61,012 nt of DNA from a virus (taxonomy: Duplodnaviria > Caudoviricetes), in IMG/VR virus record IMGVR_UViG_3300031841_002149, positions 1-61,012 of that record. One strand, written 5' to 3'. This document shows, one piece after another, positions 31,666 to 40,725 of the stretch (positions are counted from its first letter, which is position 1; each line of letters opens with the position of its first letter). A model generated the notes under the pieces. The model saw nothing but the letters and a program-made list of their open reading frames with translations, did no database searches and was not told the DNA's origin. The position numbers were made by a program, and so were the translations under genes.

Positions 31666-32478
31666 TCATGCCCCCAAGTTTGACGCTTGGAATATGAAGT
31701 CACCGTCGCCAAGGTCGATGAACATCTTGATGCCCTGACCCATCGCGGTGAAGTCGAAGAAAGACATATTCACCTTGTTGTTGAGGTTCTTGAACACATA
31801 GTCAAGGCCGCCGTTGAAGGTGGCTTGGAACTCAACGCTCGGTGTCTGTGTTATCTGCGTAGTAGTTTTACCTTTGATTTCCGTGCCGACGTTGATGAAC
31901 AACCCGTCACTGTTTGACATGACCCGGAACTCGTTGTGCTTCTGCCCGTTCATCTCGTCGCACCTGAAAGCCTCAAACAAGTCTGTGCTGTCAAGTTCTC
32001 CGAAGACAACGGAGGGTTTGTACTCAGTCCCGTCCTTGCCTACATAGGCGTTGAGGGATAGTTTGTCTGCTATGGCGTTGGACTTGGTAGACCATGCGGC
32101 CATAGTGTCAGGTGTGTGTGGGAAGGCAAGTGCCTCCGAGGAAGCAGCCAGCGTGGTCTGTTTCCTACCTGATTTGATCGTCACCTTGTCTTCTTTTGGC
32201 GTAATGGTAAGTGGGCTGCTGTGGTACTTCAGCGCACCGAGCCAAGTGTTGATGTCGGTGACGGGAACAGTGCCTTCTCCCGTGCATGGTATGGAGAGGC
32301 GGTTGAGGGACGACACACCATCCTTGACAAGTGCCGTTCCCGTCAACCTACCGCTTTCCACCTTTAGTAGCACAGAATGGACCTGTGCAAAACTTTTACC
32401 CTCAATGTTCTGCTTTCGCTGCATTAGCGCAAGCAACCACTGTAGGGAGTTCGTATCAAGAGTAATCATCCCAATCAC
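31666..32478 (-). CDS. Putative DNA sliding clamp (PCNA-like)
   Basis: About 270 aa with a two-fold helix/strand pattern, next to PolB and near RFC. No signature motif; call rests on size and context. Confidence 0.5.
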   Translation of the reverse strand: MIGMITLDTNSLQWLLALMQRKQNIEGKSFAQVHSVLLKVESGRLTGTALVKDGVSSLNRLSIPCTGEGTVPVTDINTWLGALKYHSSPLTITPKEDKVTIKSGRKQTTLAASSEALAFPHTPDTMAAWSTKSNAIADKLSLNAYVGKDGTEYKPSVVFGELDSTDLFEAFRCDEMNGQKHNEFRVMSNSDGLFINVGTEIKGKTTTQITQTPSVEFQATFNGGLDYVFKNLNNKVNMSFFDFTAMGQGIKMFIDLGDGDFIFQASNLGA

Positions 32479-33428
32479 TCAAGCATCCAAGGTAGCCCAA
32501 AGAACTCGACCTTGCCGTTCTTGACGGAAAGTATGTCGTGCGTCGATCCTACCTTCTCAATGTTCTTGCCCTTCATTTCCTCGATAGTCCCACGGACTAC
32601 CCACTCACCGTCACCAAGAGTCCTGTCACCCTCGACACCAGCCGCAGGGTCAGCCTTCTTCATGTAGCGAGATAGGAATATCTGCTGCGAGAACTTTCTC
32701 ATGGTCCCTTTCTCCCACTCCGGGCGGAAGCCTACGGTCATGAGAACCTTCTTTCCTGTGCCGTCGTCCATATATTGAGACACCGGCTTGAGGTGGAAGG
32801 TGAAGTAAACCTTAGCCACGTTCAGGCTGTGTAGACGGGTCAGGATGTTCCTGTAGAGTCTGTTGCGCTCTCTCCACTCTTTCTGATTGAAGGAGTCGCC
32901 CTCTTCTTCTATGATACCCCTTGATAGTAGCGATGCACGCATAGCGTGTTCGCACCACTTCAAGAACGTAGAGCCACCGTCAAAGATGACACCACCAACC
33001 GAGTCAGGGTCTTCTTTGACCTGCTCCGCAAGGATGTTGACATACCAAGATGTCTTGTCAAGGAGAGCCTTGTAGTCCACGTTGTTGTCCTCATCAAAGA
33101 TAGATTCGTCCGTCTCGTCGTGCAAAGGTAGCACGATGACGTTCTGCGCACCGGGATATACGTGGTCAACCGTGGCTTTAGCACTGTTGTCAACATCGAA
33201 GATGAATACCTTCTTACCGGACGTGATCTCAGGCTCAAGCAAGGACAGGGCGAGGCCCGTCTTCGCGGTGTTCTCATGACCCACAAACGCGCACCTGTGG
33301 GTGATCGTGTTCGTGGTGTTCTGTGTGAACATTCTCCTGTAGTATTCTGCATCGAACTTCGACTCAGGCTCGGTTGTAGTGGCGGTTGTCTGCTGTTTCA
33401 CATTGGTTGCTTGTGTTCCCCAACTCAT
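32475..33428 (-). CDS. RecA-superfamily ATPase (RadA/Sak4-like)
   Basis: Walker A GHENTAKT, FIFDVD, Walker B VIFDGGS. Confidence 0.7.
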   Translation of the reverse strand: MSWGTQATNVKQQTTATTTEPESKFDAEYYRRMFTQNTTNTITHRCAFVGHENTAKTGLALSLLEPEITSGKKVFIFDVDNSAKATVDHVYPGAQNVIVLPLHDETDESIFDEDNNVDYKALLDKTSWYVNILAEQVKEDPDSVGGVIFDGGSTFLKWCEHAMRASLLSRGIIEEEGDSFNQKEWRERNRLYRNILTRLHSLNVAKVYFTFHLKPVSQYMDDGTGKKVLMTVGFRPEWEKGTMRKFSQQIFLSRYMKKADPAAGVEGDRTLGDGEWVVRGTIEEMKGKNIEKVGSTHDILSVKNGKVEFFGLPWMLE

Positions 33429-33459
33429 ATTATCACCTCATTTGACTATACATATAAAC

Positions 33460-34995
33460 CTACTGTGACGGTGCGGTTATGGCTGCGTCAGTCATGAGAA
33501 TTAGTGCGGCCACGGAAACTGCGGCATCAAGGCTGTTGATGACCACGTTCACAGGGTCGATGACCCCATCCTCCCAAGCATCGCCGGTAGCCCCGGTGAC
33601 ACCGTTGAGATAGGAGCCTTCTTCGCCCTCAAGCGCGTTCAGGAACAGATCACTACCTGCGTTTTCTTTTATCGTAGTAATAGGTCCGGCTAGTGCGGTT
33701 GAGAACAGGTTGAGAATCTCAGCGTTCTCATCCCTCGGATGCTGCTCCAACTGAGAAGCGGCCCGATACAACTCGGACCCACCGCCAGCGATGACACCAT
33801 CGGACAGTGCGTGCTTGCACGCATTGACGGCATCATCGACGCGCTCCTTGCGCTCTATCTGCTCTACCTCGGTCACGCCACCTACATAGATGGTGGATAT
33901 TCCCGTGGTCAGCCGGGTGATCCTGTTCTGATACGCCTCTTTGTCCCACTCATTGTCAGTGCCATCCCTCAACTCGGTGAGAGCGAAGACGGAATCCTCA
34001 ACGTCACCACCACAGTCAACGAGAACGGTGTTCCTCTCGCCAATGAAGGACCGCTTGCAAGTGCCAAGGGTATCTAGTTTTAGCGTGAGTTTATTGAACT
34101 CCGCGTCCATCTTCGTCCCTGTGGCTGCGGCTATGTCCTCCAACCATGACTGTTGCTCATGTGGCATACCGGGAACCTGCACGATGGCGCAGGACACCTT
34201 GCCCTGTATCACGTTGACAAGTAGGTTCTGCAAGACAGTGCTGTTGAGAGAGGCACAGAAGACCACAAGTGGCCTACCTTCTTTTATGCTAATCTCAAGT
34301 GCTGGCACTAGGTCATTGAACGTGTTGATCTTCCTACCTGTGACATAGACGAGGGGGTTCTCATACTCACACATATTGCGTGGTGCGTTTGCCATAGCCC
34401 TGTGCATGAACCCAGCGTAGACCTCAAAGCCGTCAGCCGAGTCAACGTATGTCTCGCCGTTGAGCGACTTCTCTATGGTCACTGTTCCGCTCTCGCCGTT
34501 CTCCTTCATGACGTTGGCGATCAGTCGCCCCAAGTCCTCATCGTTGTTTGAGGCTATGGTCGCCACATCAACGAGGTCGAAGTCCCTGTTCACCTTACTC
34601 TCAAGGTAATCCCTTGTCTGCTCGGTGTAGGAAATCAAAGCGTCACGGATGATCTGCGGGCTGATCTCCTTCTCCATCAACGACAGCGAGCCGTTGGCAA
34701 GGGTCTTAGCGATGATCGTGGCACTCGTAGTACCGTCACCTGAGTTGCCCTGTGCCTCGGAGGAAACCTGCTTCATCAAGTCGATTCCCATTTGCACGTA
34801 GGGGTCAGGGTCAGTGACAGCGCGAGCGATGGTCACACCGTCGTTGAGAATGGCAGGGTAGCCTCCCAACGGATTCTGTAGAATCACGGTGCGAGCCTGT
34901 GGCCCAAGAGTGCCTTTCACCGCATCAGCAACGAGATTGACACCCTTGAGCAACTTGCTCCTTGCTTCCGTTCCTGTCAGCATACTCATGTTCAC
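33460..34995 (-). CDS. groEL: Group I chaperonin (GroEL-like)
   Basis: TLGP, NDGVTIA, GDGTTSAT, ERKERVDDA, GGG and GVIDP motifs. The EARSKLLKGVN and VATIASN segments are GroEL-type. Confidence 0.9.
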   Translation of the reverse strand: MNMSMLTGTEARSKLLKGVNLVADAVKGTLGPQARTVILQNPLGGYPAILNDGVTIARAVTDPDPYVQMGIDLMKQVSSEAQGNSGDGTTSATIIAKTLANGSLSLMEKEISPQIIRDALISYTEQTRDYLESKVNRDFDLVDVATIASNNDEDLGRLIANVMKENGESGTVTIEKSLNGETYVDSADGFEVYAGFMHRAMANAPRNMCEYENPLVYVTGRKINTFNDLVPALEISIKEGRPLVVFCASLNSTVLQNLLVNVIQGKVSCAIVQVPGMPHEQQSWLEDIAAATGTKMDAEFNKLTLKLDTLGTCKRSFIGERNTVLVDCGGDVEDSVFALTELRDGTDNEWDKEAYQNRITRLTTGISTIYVGGVTEVEQIERKERVDDAVNACKHALSDGVIAGGGSELYRAASQLEQHPRDENAEILNLFSTALAGPITTIKENAGSDLFLNALEGEEGSYLNGVTGATGDAWEDGVIDPVNVVINSLDAAVSVAALILMTDAAITAPSQ

Positions 34996-35261
34996 GCCTC
35001 AAGTCCAAAAGAAGTGTTGTCGTTGTCGTAGAAAAGGTCTTCGACCCCTATGGCATACAAGTCCTTGTAATGCACACAGATAGTGCGAGCGTCGAGCGAC
35101 ACAGCCTTTTCCTCGTTGTAAAGGATAACATCACCCAAGTTTAGTTTTATGGGAACAGTTTCTCCCACCGACTCCACCACGAAGGCGGTCTTGAGGACAA
35201 GACCCGTCTCTAGGGTGTGTTCGGTAGCCACAAGGATAACGTGGTCGCCCAACGCCCTCAA
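34992..35261 (-). CDS. groES: GroES-like co-chaperonin
   Basis: RALGDHVIL...GLVL...VVESVG...GDVILY...DLYAI, adjacent to GroEL. TTG start overlaps the upstream TGA. Confidence 0.7.
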   Translation of the reverse strand: MRALGDHVILVATEHTLETGLVLKTAFVVESVGETVPIKLNLGDVILYNEEKAVSLDARTICVHYKDLYAIGVEDLFYDNDNTSFGLEA

Positions 35262-36421
35262 GCATCCCACCCCTCGGTGAAAGACTCGGTGACGCTGGCA
35301 ACCTCGTCAAAGGCATACCATCCGTTGACGGATAGCCTGTCTTCGCCTTCCCTGCTTCTCCATGCCTGTCCGACGAGCATGAGTTTCGTGCCGACGGCGA
35401 ATGAGACATCCTCATCGCAGTAGACATCCACAGTGCCAGCCATCGAGGTTAGGTCGATGTCACCGCATACTAGGATGCAGCCACCGTTGTCCCGTGGGTC
35501 GATGTGTATGACCTCGGTGTTGACAGCGAGGCTTCGGTCCCACCATCCGTCTTGACCGTTGAACTTGTCGTAGTATGCGCCCAAGTCAGATAGGCCGTTC
35601 AGTAGGTTCTCAGCACCGATCAGATCACCGATCATGTCCATTGGTGGACCGGGGAAGATGTTCGCTAGGTTAGCGTCCGGTGAAGGGACGGAAACCTCGG
35701 CGTTCAGGTATGCTCGGTCAGGACTGCGTGCCGACTTGAGCGGTATGGTCAATGGCGTGAAGGTCGGGTACTGCCTGTCAGCAGCCTTTCCGCTTCCGCT
35801 TACAGTGATGAGTCTGAGGTCAGACTCGCCCTGCTTCCTACCGTAGAAGGCCATGACTCTCTCCCTCTCGTCCTGTGGTCGTGGTGCGCCGAACTTGAAG
35901 TTGCTGTCACCTGATGGGAAGGTTGGGTTGCTCTTGTCCCACACAACGTAGAAGTGTGTGTTGGCATCTAGGGCCATCGTGTGCTTTGGTAGAGCAGGTA
36001 CGTCTGCCTCTTCAGCACCGAAGAAGTCTTCGCGTGCGAGTCTTGTGTAAGTCCCATCGTGGTTGTCCTCAAAGAGAACGACGGAACCAGCGTTGACCAG
36101 CGTGTTCTTGACCTCATCGGATGCACCGACGAGTTGGTTCTTCATCTTGTTGTAGAGAATCTTACCCCACTCTTTAGGTCTTGGCACGGATATGAACATA
36201 CCCTCGTATGTGTCAGCACCAGCACGCCTCATGCGTGAGTTCTCGGAAGTTATGTTGCGGGCAGCGACTCTTAGAGCGAGAATGAAACAATCCTCGTCAG
36301 AGCGTCCGGCTGCTTTCCATGCAGCCCCCTGCTCGGCAAGAACTTCATCAGCCCTCGCTTGCACTACTTCAGGTGCGGCGTTCAGCGTCTTGGCGATATT
36401 ATTAAGCATTTGTTCACTCAT
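35258..36421 (-). CDS. Putative OB-fold ssDNA-binding protein (RPA-like)
   Basis: Helical N-terminus, C-terminal OB-like strands (GTKLMLVGQ...LSVNGWY), acidic tail, replisome context. Confidence 0.5.
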   Translation of the reverse strand: MSEQMLNNIAKTLNAAPEVVQARADEVLAEQGAAWKAAGRSDEDCFILALRVAARNITSENSRMRRAGADTYEGMFISVPRPKEWGKILYNKMKNQLVGASDEVKNTLVNAGSVVLFEDNHDGTYTRLAREDFFGAEEADVPALPKHTMALDANTHFYVVWDKSNPTFPSGDSNFKFGAPRPQDERERVMAFYGRKQGESDLRLITVSGSGKAADRQYPTFTPLTIPLKSARSPDRAYLNAEVSVPSPDANLANIFPGPPMDMIGDLIGAENLLNGLSDLGAYYDKFNGQDGWWDRSLAVNTEVIHIDPRDNGGCILVCGDIDLTSMAGTVDVYCDEDVSFAVGTKLMLVGQAWRSREGEDRLSVNGWYAFDEVASVTESFTEGWDA

Positions 36422-36468
36422 TTTATCCCTCGCGGTTGTTTGGTGGTCAATTGACTACGGCTATAAAC

Positions 36469-37356
36469 CTAACCCTCTATCAGAAGAAGGACGAAGTTCG
36501 ACAGTGCAATGTCGGGATCAACCCCGTCAATGATGTCTCGCTCGGCAGTTATGGCCGCGTCAATGACTCGCATCTTGGATTTAACGGCAGCATCGCCGTT
36601 GACGGCAAATCTGAATATCTGCCTTACTACTTCCCTTGGTTTCTGTCCCTCAAGCATACCGTTGGCTGCATCGAAGTCCTTCTCCTTGAAGCATAGTTTT
36701 AGGAAAAGAGTAGTGTTGAACCCTGTCTCGTTGAGTGAGTGTAGAAATGAAACCGCATCTATCTCCCTCTCAAACGAGGCAAAGGCTTGGAGCGCGTTGA
36801 TGCAGTTGCGTAGGTCGCCGGGATGTGCGTCTGCGATCAGTCCCAACTGCGACATAGTGATGTTCACACTCTCGGAGCCACATATGACAGCGAGCCTGTC
36901 TATGATGTCCTGCTTGGGAACGGGATAGAACGGTATGTCCAAACATCGGGAACGGAGCCACGGGCTGATCTTACTTAGGTCATTGCAGGTCAAGATAAAA
37001 TAACCCTGAGAGTTCTCAATGACACCCTTCAGTGCCGACTGTGCCTCCATCGTCAGTTGGTCTGCCTCGTCAAGAAGTATGATCTGCTCGTTCATGCCCA
37101 TCCTTGTGAGCGGTAGCAGTTCTTCCTCCACGAAGGCAATGCCCCTTGTCTTCTTGCTCGACGCATTGAAGACGTGGATGGGCCAACCCCTCTCCTTTGC
37201 TACTACGTGCGCGAAGGTGGTCTTTCCCGTTCCTGCTTCCCTGCTGTGGACAATGGCGTGCTGTATGTTGTCGAATGCACGGTAGATGTCCCTCGCTGAT
37301 CCTACGAGTTCATCAGGTGTGTCGGGTCGGTACTTGGTAGCCCATGTTGCGTTCAT
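36469..37356 (-). CDS. rfcS: Replication factor C small subunit (clamp loader)
   Basis: WATKYRP, GTGKTT, FNAS, LDEAD, AQSAL, SRC and GDLR motifs. Confidence 0.92.
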   Translation of the reverse strand: MNATWATKYRPDTPDELVGSARDIYRAFDNIQHAIVHSREAGTGKTTFAHVVAKERGWPIHVFNASSKKTRGIAFVEEELLPLTRMGMNEQIILLDEADQLTMEAQSALKGVIENSQGYFILTCNDLSKISPWLRSRCLDIPFYPVPKQDIIDRLAVICGSESVNITMSQLGLIADAHPGDLRNCINALQAFASFEREIDAVSFLHSLNETGFNTTLFLKLCFKEKDFDAANGMLEGQKPREVVRQIFRFAVNGDAAVKSKMRVIDAAITAERDIIDGVDPDIALSNFVLLLIEG

Positions 37357-37386
37357 GACCTGTGCTTGTCGAACACAGATATATAC

Positions 37387-37743
37387 TTATTCTAAACACT
37401 CGATCAAGAAGGCCGAGGCTCGCTCGTAGATGTTTGCTAACTCGTTGTGGCTTGGGTTGGGTCCGGTAACACCTGAACGATGATCCGCGTATATGGCGAT
37501 TACCATTCCCGTCATAATACCTCGTAGGTAGTCATGTGATAGTTTGCTATGGGCTAAGTCCGTGACAGCCTCATCGTGTTCGTCCTCATCGTCAGGGTCA
37601 GTGAGTATGTTGAGAGCCGAGCGAACAAAGTTGGCCTCGGCTATGTTGGGGCCGGAAAGTATGGTTTCATAGTCAACGGGCTTACTTAGACCCAAAAGAC
37701 TGTTGAACAAGTGAGATATGTCGCCTCCCATCATACCACTCAT
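37387..37743 (-). CDS. Hypothetical protein
   Basis: 118-aa ORF, co-oriented in the operon. Confidence 0.55.
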   Translation of the reverse strand: MSGMMGGDISHLFNSLLGLSKPVDYETILSGPNIAEANFVRSALNILTDPDDEDEHDEAVTDLAHSKLSHDYLRGIMTGMVIAIYADHRSGVTGPNPSHNELANIYERASAFLIECLE

Positions 37744-37758
37744 ACTCCAACTGCCTTA

Positions 37759-38157
37759 TCAATTGTTCCTCAAGCAATGTAGGCACTTGTCAAAGCCCGG
37801 AGGGAACACACGAATGCGTCCACAATCACAGGTCTGTGACTCGCCCTTCTGCTTTGGTGTCATAACAGTTGGACTACGGGTATAAACAATGTCATCACGA
37901 CAATGTATCAGGGATCGGTCAATATCGTAGACAAGATGCTTTGCCTTTATGCCAATAGCATTCTCCACCTTCTCGCTGCCGACGGCAACGACCTGTGGAT
38001 TCTTGCTCATGAGAGCGGATAGGCTGTGAGGGGAAGGTACGGTCCTGACGTTCTTCTCGCTTGTCAATCGCTCCGCCATTTCCTCCTTCGTCATCTCACC
38101 GTGTTCCCATAGGATCTCCACGATGAGTCGGCGCACCCGGCGGTTGTTCGCGCTCAT
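37759..38157 (-). CDS. Winged-helix-like protein with C-terminal zinc finger
   Basis: IVEILWEHGEMTKEEM...SLSALM pattern; CDC...CLHC. Confidence 0.55.
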   Translation of the reverse strand: MSANNRRVRRLIVEILWEHGEMTKEEMAERLTSEKNVRTVPSPHSLSALMSKNPQVVAVGSEKVENAIGIKAKHLVYDIDRSLIHCRDDIVYTRSPTVMTPKQKGESQTCDCGRIRVFPPGFDKCLHCLRNN

Positions 38158-38183
38158 ATATCAATATTATTAGGTAAACTATA

Positions 38184-38456
38184 TTAATCGTTTCCTAAAT
38201 CAGCCCACATTATGCCGTTTGCGAAGGAATCATCATACTGTTGACTTCTCTTGGCCCATCTCTCCTTCGTCCTCGACTTGGTTTTGATATTGTGGGGTAT
38301 GTTGTCTATACTGAAAGAACTACTATCATCGTAATATAACTTACCATAATCACCAAACAGTTTGTTCAAACTGTCATACACAAACTTGAACAAAGAGAAT
38401 AATACAAGTGTAAAAGCAATACCCATTAAAGTTCCAACGAGATTCATCACAACCAC
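38184..38456 (-). CDS. Small membrane protein
   Basis: N-terminal hydrophobic helix. Confidence 0.5.
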   Translation of the reverse strand: MVVMNLVGTLMGIAFTLVLFSLFKFVYDSLNKLFGDYGKLYYDDSSSFSIDNIPHNIKTKSRTKERWAKRSQQYDDSFANGIMWADLGND

Positions 38457-39109
38457 TCGTTCACCTTCTGCTTACGTTTCCTTACATTCTTAGGCAAGTC
38501 ATCGCCACGCGCTCTAACCTCATTGGCTACGGTCTTATAGTTTTCTAAGATAATCTCCCAATGCCTGTCGGTGCTGCGGAAGGAACTTGGTCTGACAGGC
38601 TCCACCTTCTTCTTCTTGGGCCACACGACCTTCATCCTCTTGGGCTTGACCCCGTAAGCCATGATAGCGTAGGAATACTCGTCGTCTAACACGGGAAAAA
38701 CATCATTTAGTCTTCTGATAACATCAATGTGTACGTTGTTTGCCTTGAGAAACGCAATGGCAAGGGGAACGGGAACTACCTTGATCAGTTCACGCACCCT
38801 GTCACGGTCAGACCATGTGAGCATGGCGTTGATGGCGAAGAAGAACTTGTCCTTACTTTTAGCCTTAAGTTTGTCATCCACGATGCACAACTCCTTGGTC
38901 TTCTTGGTGAGTTCCGGTTTGATGTCCGTGACTATGACAAGCCTGTGCCTGATGTAGTCATGCCACCTCTCGACATCACGCGAGCCGAAGTTGTTCGTGT
39001 GTAGGATGTACGTGACGAGAGGTTGTACGGGGAGGCTGCTCATCTTCTCGTACATCACGACAACGGGTGGCTCCATGAAGGGAGAGGGATCGTTGGTGAA
39101 GATAATCAT
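38447..39109 (-). CDS. Hypothetical protein
   Basis: 220-aa ORF, ATGA-coupled. Confidence 0.6.
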   Translation of the reverse strand: MIIFTNDPSPFMEPPVVVMYEKMSSLPVQPLVTYILHTNNFGSRDVERWHDYIRHRLVIVTDIKPELTKKTKELCIVDDKLKAKSKDKFFFAINAMLTWSDRDRVRELIKVVPVPLAIAFLKANNVHIDVIRRLNDVFPVLDDEYSYAIMAYGVKPKRMKVVWPKKKKVEPVRPSSFRSTDRHWEIILENYKTVANEVRARGDDLPKNVRKRKQKVNEWL

Positions 39110-39366
39110 TCGTACAACTCCATGAACGGGTCATTGCTCACAATGTAATCGTGGATTCGTCGCATCTGATTCATTGTCAGGCCCCATACTTCTGCCACTG
39201 ACCTAGATGTGACGGCGTAATCGCCAACGTGCCACTTCACGCCCTCGTAGGTTATCATTGCGATAAGACCATCTTCCTTCATGGCCGCCATCAGTTTCGG
39301 CAACTCCTTCTTGGTGATGCCACGGGTGGCGAAGTATTTACCGGATGCCGACCTCCACTTTCTCAC
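39106..39366 (-). CDS. Hypothetical protein
   Basis: GTGA-coupled ORF. Confidence 0.55.
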   Translation of the reverse strand: MRKWRSASGKYFATRGITKKELPKLMAAMKEDGLIAMITYEGVKWHVGDYAVTSRSVAEVWGLTMNQMRRIHDYIVSNDPFMELYE

Positions 39367-39758
39367 ACGAATCTCCCCTTGTTTCGGTACTGCTCTTTGA
39401 ATCCCCTGCGCTCTATGAGGTGATACTTGTAGTCACACGACGCGGTGTTCCACTTAGTTTGCCCTTTACTTTTCTCAAGTGGTAGCCTCTCAAACATGAG
39501 CGTGCCACCATCGAGATACTCAAGGTACTCCATAGCCTCGTCCCACCTGTTGAGCGAGAAGAACATGGCGGGGAATCTCGCCATAGTATTCTTACCGTTA
39601 TCCTTCTGTCCTGAAATCTTGATGAACGGGTAGTCCCTGTCCTTCTCCATTGTGAAGCAATGCAACTCAGCGAGGTCTTTCGTCGTAAGGTGGACTATCT
39701 TGCCATCGTGTGATTTGAAGTCCCTGTCTCCATACGTCATGACCCGCTCATCGCTCAC
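39363..39758 (-). CDS. Hypothetical protein
   Basis: GTGA-coupled ORF. Confidence 0.55.
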   Translation of the reverse strand: MSDERVMTYGDRDFKSHDGKIVHLTTKDLAELHCFTMEKDRDYPFIKISGQKDNGKNTMARFPAMFFSLNRWDEAMEYLEYLDGGTLMFERLPLEKSKGQTKWNTASCDYKYHLIERRGFKEQYRNKGRFV

Positions 39759-40372
39759 TCCACCACCTCGTACTCGGTGTCTATGACCGTGTTCATGGCG
39801 AGCATTCTGCGCTCAACGAGATCAAGCAGGTGCGGTTGGTCGCGTAGTGTGTCAACTAGTATTCTGCTAATATCATTCATCTGCGCTTGCGCGAGTAGCA
39901 GTTGCGAGTCCACGCCGATCTCACGCTTGAGTTGACCGACAAGTTTCAGGGCCGAGTTTGCCTGACCGATCAGACGGGAAGCGTCGGCTACGAACTCGGA
40001 TGTGATGCCGCCCTGTGCCTCCTTCTGTTCCTCCAACTCATCGAGGTAGGAACGTATTCTTATGACAATATCTTCTGCGGAGTCCAGCGTGTCGATTGAC
40101 TTCGACCTCGCATCCTCGATGTGCTTGGCCTCATCGGGATCGAACTCAACGTGGTTGTCCATGTGGTACATGACCGTGCCTTCAGGCCAATTGTACCTTG
40201 TCTCTAGGTAGACGGGATCACTCTCGCCGTTCTGCACCTGAACCTCAAGGTCCTTGCGCTTCTTGTGGTCGCACATGGCGCAGCCACCCGCGAGAACCCA
40301 CCGCAATACCTCTATCGCAAAAGCATCGTTCTCTTGTGCCAACCGTGTCTCTATCTCTCGTCTTGTCCTCAT
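39755..40372 (-). CDS. Zn/HTH plus coiled-coil protein (terminase small subunit-like?)
   Basis: CAMCDH..R..LE.....G........Y......V..H...H followed by long helices. Confidence 0.45.
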   Translation of the reverse strand: MRTRREIETRLAQENDAFAIEVLRWVLAGGCAMCDHKKRKDLEVQVQNGESDPVYLETRYNWPEGTVMYHMDNHVEFDPDEAKHIEDARSKSIDTLDSAEDIVIRIRSYLDELEEQKEAQGGITSEFVADASRLIGQANSALKLVGQLKREIGVDSQLLLAQAQMNDISRILVDTLRDQPHLLDLVERRMLAMNTVIDTEYEVVE

Positions 40373-40725
40373 GCTGAAAACCTCTTGTTGTTGTCCCTCG
40401 ATCTCTCTTTGCCATCAGTTCGCCGTAGCATCGGGTCTATTGGGAATAGAGTGTCGTATTTAGCCTTTGTCATCCTGAACTCCATTGGGTGCTTGTCTCT
40501 CTTTTCGATGCCCTTGATTCTCCTGATCCTCGCGGCAAATTGGTTGAAGTGCATGGTGTGTCTAGTTTGACGGTAAAGGTTTCCGTTGCGGTAGGTCATG
40601 TTGTGGTATATCTCGTCTGCCGTCATCCACCTGTCTTCTTCAACGAGGTAGCGGGCAGCGCACTCCATAGCCTTGCTGTTCTTCATTCTCCTAGCGTTTC
40701 GTCCTGTCAATTCATTCATTTTCAT
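40369..40725 (-). CDS. Winged-helix-like DNA-binding protein
   Basis: YL..EDRWMTADEIY pattern; basic protein. Confidence 0.5.
   Translation of the reverse strand: MKMNELTGRNARRMKNSKAMECAARYLVEEDRWMTADEIYHNMTYRNGNLYRQTRHTMHFNQFAARIRRIKGIEKRDKHPMEFRMTKAKYDTLFPIDPMLRRTDGKERSRDNNKRFSA

Noticed and set aside
33460-34995. Thermosome (group II) call
   Set aside because: N-terminal and apical-region motifs are GroEL-like and a GroES-like gene is adjacent.
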